Positions 56,852 to 64,000 of a stretch of DNA of 64,000 nucleotides are shown here, piece by piece (within the stretch, counting starts at the first letter, position 1; every line of letters begins with the position of its first letter). Source of the stretch: Fonticula alba ATCC 38817 (taxonomy: Eukaryota; Protista; Nucleariida). The notes beneath the pieces are model-generated. The model was not told the DNA's origin, made no database searches, and worked only from the letters and a program-made list of their open reading frames with translations. The stretch lies in the NCBI GenBank assembly GCA_000388065.2, contig KB932206.1; one strand, 5' to 3'. A program made the position numbers and the translations under genes.

Positions 56852-59800
56852 GTGTACTGAGTCAGCTCGCGGTGTCCCTCCACGTGCTTTGCGCGAGAGT
56901 GCGTGTCTGTCACCCTGGCCGCCTCTGCCTCTCCCTCCGTCTCTCTTTCCCCCTTCTTCCAGGTATATGCCCTTGCTTTTGAGTGCGTGAATACGGGCTT
57001 GTGTGCGTGTATTGTATCAGTGTGAGCACATGTCCTCGTTGTCCCCCCCCCCCTCCGTGCAGGATAGATGTGCCTCCTTTGTCGTTGGCATGGCCTGTGT
57101 GGGTGCAGGGAGATGAGCGATGCGCGTTTGCACAGGCCCGCTGTGTTCGAAATCCGTCCGTCTTGCTTTTCCGTGTAAAATATAATTCCGTGTTTTTTTC
57201 CCCCCTCCTGCATGGTACTTTGTCGCGAGCTGCATCATGTCGGAGCCCGGCGCCGTTCGGTTTGGACACGGTCGTCGCGGTGGGGGGGGGGGTGGGGACA
57301 AGGAAGACATGGCGCACCAAGAGCACCCGTGTGCTCCGGTCGGAGACTCCCACCGGGCAACCAAGAACGAGCCCCTCTTGGCTGTGCTTTATTTAACTCA
57401 GGCCGCGAGGAGCCACGAATGCCAACGATACCGCCAGGATGGATGTGTTGGCGGCTGCGCGGTGAGTGGGCAGCTTGTCAATGCCCCCGGTCCTGGCGTC
57501 TCTTTTACCCCTGCATGTTTTTTTTTGTACTCCCACGAGAGAGGCGCGGACTGGAACATGAGAGGGGACGCCCCATCGGACAGCTGATTCCCCTCCCCCC
57601 TCGGGCCCCGCTCTCCCGGGGACATTCTGTTGTGCAGGCCGCAGGGGGGGGGGGGGGGCGGGGTCTCTGATGATGCCGGAGGTTGATGCATTTAGCTTGT
57701 GCAGAATGGAGGCGGGCTGGGGCGGGAAGTTGAATATAAAAATAATCCAAGGCACATATATAACCCGGCATTGTCGTCGGGCACACCAGCACCCTAAATC
57801 ATCACCAAGGTGGCCCGGCTTCGAGGGCCCGCGGTGTGCGTGTGTGTGTGTGTGTGTGTGTGCTGCTTCTGTTTTCCTCTCTCACTCCGGCCAGTCCCTC
57901 GTCCCTTCTGTCTCCGGCCCCCTGGCCCCGCGCTCCTCCCTTGTCGGGGGCGGAGCCTATCCCTGTGTAGCGCAGCGCGGGGGAGCTGCGTGCGTGCGCG
58001 CGTGTGTGCGTGTGTGTGCAGGGAGGGGGGTCTACGGAGGAGGAATGTCCTTTCAATTTGCACTGGGGCGCCCCTGCGTCCGGACGCTGGCCGACAGGAG
58101 GTTGTTTGGTGCCCCTCCCCCCCGGCAGGCTGGGTCAGGGGGTCTGGCGAATGCCTGCCTCGCTCGCGCTGCCTCGCCCCCCCTCCCCCCCCTCCGCACT
58201 CGAGAGGCATGAGCGGCGCGGGGGTGTAACCGCCAGCAATGGTTCCCGCAAGAGCATGTGGGGGGCGGAGGGGGCGGCGGCGGCGGCGGCGGCGACGGCG
58301 GCGGCCTGCCACCCGGCCGGCGGAGCAATGGCTGGGTGAGATGGGTTTACCACGGGCATGTATCCCCCCGTTGCCGGGCGCCCCCCCTGTGGCGGTGGGC
58401 GGGTGCGTAAGCGCGCGCGTGCGCCCACATGCCCTGCGGAGCGGGGTCAGGCAAGGTTCCCGGGCCGGGGGGCCGGGGCGCGGGGTACGGCGGCCGGGGA
58501 CCCAGGCGCGCCCGGCGCTTGGAAGATGGGCAGATGATGCGAGAGGGCCCTCCCAAGCTCGCCCCGGGCTTGGGGGACGCCATGCGCGCCGGGCTTGGCC
58601 GGTTCGCACCTTGCCCGCCCGAGGGCGAGCATGAGCCTCGAGGGGCCATCGTCAAGGGCCACGCCGTGTCGCCTCCGGGGGCGAGGGAGAGAGAGGGGGC
58701 ATTTGCGCGAACTCGCGCCCCGGAGGCCGCGCGTGCGTGCGCGTGTGTGCGCCATCGACCAGGCGTTCCCACGAGCTGCCAGCGCGCCACCCCGCCGTTG
58801 ACTGAAACAGCCGGCCTCCCGGGCATGACCCCTGCCCGGCCGGTTGCAGCCGACTGGTGTATGGGCCCCGAGCCGGCGGGCGTGTCTTCCGGCGTGCGCG
58901 CTCGAGCATCCCGCCTGCTCGAGGCCAAGCCCGAGCCGGTCGTCGGGCCGCGTCCGAGGGCGCCGCGTCGGCCGGGGATGGCTCATTTGTCTCCAAGGCC
59001 GCTGCCTGGGGGGGGGGGGCGCGCGGGCGGGCATGGGGCGGCGGAGCACGCCAGGCCGAGGTTCGCCCATGCAGGGTCCGACCGTTTCCCCCCGCCGGGG
59101 CGTTTGTTGTTGGATGCGCCACAAGCCGCCCAGCAGCCTGGGGGCGGCGAGGCCATCACCCCCGGGGCACGGTGGGGATCCTGTGTCTTGGACTGAGGGT
59201 GGCGGCGGCCGGGGTGTGACTGGTCGCCGGACGTGGATGGCATTCCGGCGGTCGTCGCCCGACCCCCCTGCCGCCGCCGCCGCCCGGCCGCCCGGCCGCC
59301 GTCATCAGTTGGGGAAAGGGTGCCCCGGCACGCGAGCGCTCCCGCGGTGTCGAGGAGCGGGCAAGCGCGAGCGGCCGCGCAAGCAAGTACGAGCGCCGGC
59401 TTTGGCTGGGCCCCAGCGCGGGCCCGAAAAATGCCTTGTTTCATCTCGTTCACACCGGGAAAGCGGCTCGCAAGTTCTACGTTCCTCCCGCCGCCCGGGC
59501 CCCCAGGGTCCCGCTGGCTATCGGCTATGTATGGGCTTTGGCAGAGGCACACACATGCCTTCGGGCCACATACCGCGGAGCATGAGTGCAACACCGCCCC
59601 CCCCCCTTCACCCATACCGATTCGCATATGGGCTCGCTCGAGCTTGCTCGTTCTCCCCAACACCCGGCCTGGAGGCGCGGCCCTCGGCGGGGCCCAGTCG
59701 TCCGGCCTTCCGGCTGTGCCTGTNNNNNNNNNNNNNNNNNNNNNNNNNNNNNNNNNNNNNNNNNNNNNNNNNNNNNNNNNNNNNNNNNNNNNNNNNNNNN

Positions 59801-62800
59801 NNNNNNNNNNNNNNNNNNCCCCCCCCCCCTTCCCCCCGCCACCTCGCCTCGTAGCGCCCTGGGCCACAGCGCCTCATTTGCCGAGGGCGCGGGCGCGGGC
59901 GCGGGCGCGGGCCGGGGGGCCGGCCAGGCGGGGCGAGGGAGGCACATGCGGGCTTGTGCGGTTTCTCACTTTGAAGGGCGGCGTATGGCCTCCCAGAGAG
60001 GCCCACCATCCTCTGACCCCCAGCCGAGGCTGGTCGGGGCCATCCCTGGAGCGTCCCCCCTGCCCCGGCCGTCGTACCCTTGTTGGCGGCTTGGCTGGCA
60101 GGCGGGGTCGGGGGAGGTTTTCCCCTCAGCTCATGTTGCCCGGAGGGGCGGGGGCACCGACACACCAGCATGTACCCCGGGGTCGCGGGCTCTCCCGCAC
60201 CCTCGCCCTCCCCCGTGGTGTCAGCTTTTGCAGGGCCGACCTGCTTGCAGGGAGAGAGCCCGCGCCCGTGCCCGCGCCCGGGCCCGGGCCCGTGCCGTCC
60301 CCCCCCCCCTCTCCCGCCCTTTGTCCGGTCCCCGCGGTCGTTGCCCCCTGCGGGCCGGCGCACGCACCCTCCCCTGCCTTCTGTCCTTGTCTCACAGGTT
60401 CGGTGGGGGCTGGCGGGAGGACGGGGGCGGGGGGGGGGAGATCGAGGCGGGATGGTGCGCGCGCTATGGCCAGATCGGTTTCCCGTCACTTGGTCCGGCA
60501 CCTGGGACATTGTCTTCCTCATCGGTGGGGGGTTCCTTAGTGTGCCCGCGCAAGCGGGCGCCGCCCCACTGGCCGTGTATCTATTGCGGGCCCTCGGCTC
60601 CGGCTTGTGTAGGTGTGCGCGTGGGTGTGGAAGTGCTTGCATGCGGTTCGGGCGTCGGCGCGCGCTTCCTCTGGCAGGGAGACCCATGCGGGTGGGCCGG
60701 CTGCTTCTTCGATAGCCCCTCGCGCGCGCGCGCTTTCATGGCTCGAGTGGTCCGGCTGTCAGTGGGACGGGAGTGCCAGCAATTTCGACCGCCGCGCTGC
60801 CGGCAGCGGGCCACCCCATCGTTCCCTCCCGGGCGTAGCCGGCGAGCATGCACAGGGCGTTCACGAGCCGGGGGCAGGGCGCCGGCGGCGGGGGGGGGGG
60901 GGGGGGGCGGGCATGTTTCTCAGGCCCGTGCTGGCGGTTGGTGGCCGTCCGAGGAGGGCGCGTCGGTGATTAGCCACCGGTGGCGGTTTCCCGGAAGCGA
61001 TGCTGGGCTGGACGCCCGCCCCCCCTGCCCCCGCCCCCCTCTCCGCCCTCCCGTGGGGGCTGGAGGCAGTTTCCCTGCCCCGGGGGTGTGATGCCCCCGG
61101 CCCCCTTGGGCGAGTAATCCGGCATGGGAGCCTATTTTCCATTGGTGTTGACCGGGCGCCCAGACACCGCCGGAGCGATGAGGCGACGGGGCGCCCTGTT
61201 CCACTGGTGCCGCCAGCGGGTTTGCTCGGTCTCGGCCGGGCAGCCCGTTCGACGGCCGGACAGGGGCTGGCGGGGGCGGCGGGGGCGGCGGGGGCGAGGG
61301 CCGTGCGAGAACGCGGCCGCCCGGCCCTCTTTCCACGCTCCCGCCCGGGGTCCGCCCCCCCCCCCCCTCCCTTTTCGGGGGGAGTTGGGAATCTCCCCCT
61401 CCTCCCGCGCCGACCGCCCACACCCAACAGCCGGGCCGGGCCGGGCCGGGCCGGGGGGCGGGGACGACAGTCATCACAGAGTGGTCTCCCGGGGCGGGTC
61501 AGGCGGGGGGGGGCCACACACACACACCCACACCCACAGGGGCCCTCCCACCCCCTCCTCGTTGTGACCCTTTCCCTGCTTAAGACACAGCGAGGGAGCG
61601 GGAGGGAGAAAGCCCGACCGCCAGCCGGGTAGCATGCAGGAAGCAAGGTGGAGGACGGGGGAGCGGCGGGAGGCGGCGAGCCGGACGAGTCAGCCCCCGT
61701 CAGGGCTCCGGGGCTGGTGGGCCCGGCCACGAGCCTCCCCGGCCCGGGGCACCTCACGCGCCCGTGGCCAGTGCTCCCGGGGTCCCAGGGGTGGACGCTT
61801 CACACTCGATTGTGCCCCTGACTCGCCATCTGTCCCGCCCTCGCCTTGCCCGCCGTTTGGCCTTCCTGTTCCCCCCTCCCCGGCCCCCGGCCCCCGGCCC
61901 CCAAGCCAGGACGATCTCTGCCAGGGAGCGCCGGGAGGTGTCACGCCCACTGGTTGCCCTCCCCACTCTTGTGATCCGCCCCCACACGATGGGGTGGGGA
62001 CGCGCTCGCGCGCACGCGCGCTGTGATGCGCACACCGCGGGACGAGGCTCGAGCCCCCCCGCCCCCGACCCGCGCCCTCCGAGGACCCGCCACGCCCATC
62101 TCCCGGGGGGGGGCGGGGCCGGCCGTGTGCGGCCCGTCCGGCCAGGCGACCTCCTCCAAAAATGGGGCACATCGACCTCGGGGGGACTCCTGAGCTCGGC
62201 GAATGCATGCGGCCCGCCCGGGCCCCCCCCCCCCTCTCCCCCGGGGGGAGGGAGGCTGGTGGAGCTGCGCCCACTGTTCGCGCACTCCATTCCCCCCTCC
62301 TCCCCTCGACCCCCGGCTCGCAGACTGCCCCTTGCTCTATTTTCATTGCATTTTCACGTCCCAACCGGAGTGCACCTCCCGCAGCTACCCCTGCTGCCGG
62401 CCCGGCCCGGCCCGGCCCGTATCGGGCCCGGCGGTGTAGCTGGCTAGAAAGTCGACCTCGGCTCGATGACACACCGGGACCCGGAATTCAGCGCCGCCGT
62501 CCAGGCTCGCAAGACGTACCTGGGCCATATTTCACCGGGCCCAGCCGGCTCCTGGACGCGCATCTACCGCTGCCCCCGGCTCTCCGCGGGACAGCCACAC
62601 GGCCTCCTCGTGCGAGAGGGCGGTCGCATGCCGCGGTGCTCCGCCTCCCTGCCCCGCTCCCCTGCGCACGGGGAGCTCTCGAGCCACAAGAGGCATCGGG
62701 CCCGCCCCAGTCACGGCGATTGCCTTGGGGTGGATGTGCGTGCGCCTGCCTGCCGGTGTTAATGGGTGTGTTTATAGTGGAAGTCAATAATATTTGTCCC

Positions 62801-63752
62801 TCCGCCCCCGCCCCCGCGCCTCATGTCTGGCCTGAGTCCTCACATGCCCGGGGCCAGGGGCCGTTTGCGCCCCGGCCGGCGGCTCCGGGCAAAAGGAAGA
62901 CGGCAGCTGGAAAATGGGAAAGCGCGCGCGCGCGCCCGCGCGAATGTGCACGAAAAATGGAAGACGACGGCGCTGCAGAGCCCCAGAGCCAGAGACGCGG
63001 GGGGAGAGGCGGGGCGCGCGGGTGGGGGGGCGCGAAGGGAGCGGGACCGGGAACCTGAGGCACAATGCGCGCCCCAGCCGGGGCCTAGTCTTGCGGTCCG
63101 GGGGACGAACCGGGCCAAAGGGCCCCCTTTTTCTCCCCCACACCCTTCTTGAGACCGCCCGGCCCCGGGTGCGGGTGCGTGTATGTGGTGCTTGCGCTCG
63201 CACAACCAAGGAATCAAGTTCGCGCATGCGCGCGCGTTCCCGCCCGTTCCCCCCCCCCCCGCCCGTCCCCCCGCCCGCCCTGGGCCCCCAGCATTGTCCG
63301 CGGGATGGCGACGGCACAGATTTCGGCCACGATATACGCCGACTTCCCCGGCCGCAGGGGGTGCCTTCACCCGTCCACCACTCATCCCCTGTTTCCCCCC
63401 TCCCTTCGGCTTTTTGCTCTCCCTCGCCACCGGCCGGGTCCACGCTCCCTCCTCCCCTCCCCCTCGCTCTCCTGTTTCTCCCCTCCCCTCTCCCTCCTTC
63501 ATCCGTCTACCTCCTCGCTTCGCGCCTGCTCGCTTCCTGGTTCGTTGTTGGTCCACCCTTTCGCCTCGATCTCCCCCATCGCGGCATCGCCACTGACCCG
63601 CTGCTGTGAGACCAGCCCGCCGGCGCACCCTCGTCCTCCTCCTCCACCCCCTCCGAGGGACTCCCCCTGCGGCCGCCGCCGCCGCCGCCGCCGCCGCCAC
63701 TGCCCTCGATTTCCTGCTCCTCCCCCTGTCCTTCTCCCAGGACCCGGAAAGC

Positions 63753-64000
63753 ATGTCGCATCACCCACCGCCGCCCCCTCACCCGACCGTTCCGGGGCCG
63801 GCAGGTGCCGGGGCCAGCAGCATGCCCGACCACATGGCCACCGGCTTCCGGCATGCCGGTGGTCAGCAGCAGCCGCAGCAGCCGCAGCAGCCGCAGCCGC
63901 AACAGCCGCACCACTCGCACCATCACCACACGGCAGCACCATCACCCATGCATTATCAGCAGCACGCCTCCGGGCCGCAGGCATCGCACCATCCCCTTCC
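63753..64000 (+). CDS. 5' end of a Q/H/P-rich protein, truncated by the window edge (absent from the ORF track)
   Basis: ATG at 63753 follows a long pyrimidine tract and CCCAG acceptor (63740). The frame stays open to the window end: MSHHPPPPPHPTVPGPAGAGASSMPDHMATGFRHAGGQQQPQQPQQPQPQQPHHSHHHH. Confidence 0.6.
   Translation, partial: MSHHPPPPPHPTVPGPAGAGASSMPDHMATGFRHAGGQQQPQQPQQPQPQQPHHSHHHHTAAPSPMHYQQHASGPQASHHPL

Overview
A GC-rich, intron-rich eukaryotic genomic window from a draft assembly, with about ten N gaps and many G/C homopolymers. Gene content and style suggest a unicellular opisthokont protist such as Fonticula (inference, not verified). The ORF track misses most real genes because they are spliced, so I rebuilt exon chains by hand. 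Recognisable genes in order: 3' part of tomosyn/STXBP5 (+), a membrane-anchored WW-domain protein (-), a 1283-aa low-complexity ORF (-) probably continuous with an upstream AP-1/ATF-like bZIP factor (-), a very large seipin (-), an animal-type CPT1 (+), ATG4 (+), ALDH3 fatty aldehyde dehydrogenase (+), Arp3 (+), N6AMT1/Mtq2 (-), alanine aminotransferase (-), RAD51D (-), neuroguidin/Lcp5 (+), and the truncated start of a Q/H/P-rich gene (+). I found no tRNA, rRNA, CRISPR array or transposon. Most notable: (1) 5' splice sites are overwhelmingly GTNCGY, with C at +4 in 22 of 27 counted introns; (2) CPT1 keeps the animal malonyl-CoA-sensing signatures; (3) seipin is about 1,120 aa with an FFAT-like motif and sits in a seipin-CPT1-ATG4-ALDH3 lipid neighbourhood; (4) the WW protein has a signal anchor and a LATS/NDR-type motif. 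An exact 34-nt duplication next to two gaps points to a local assembly problem inside the ALT gene.
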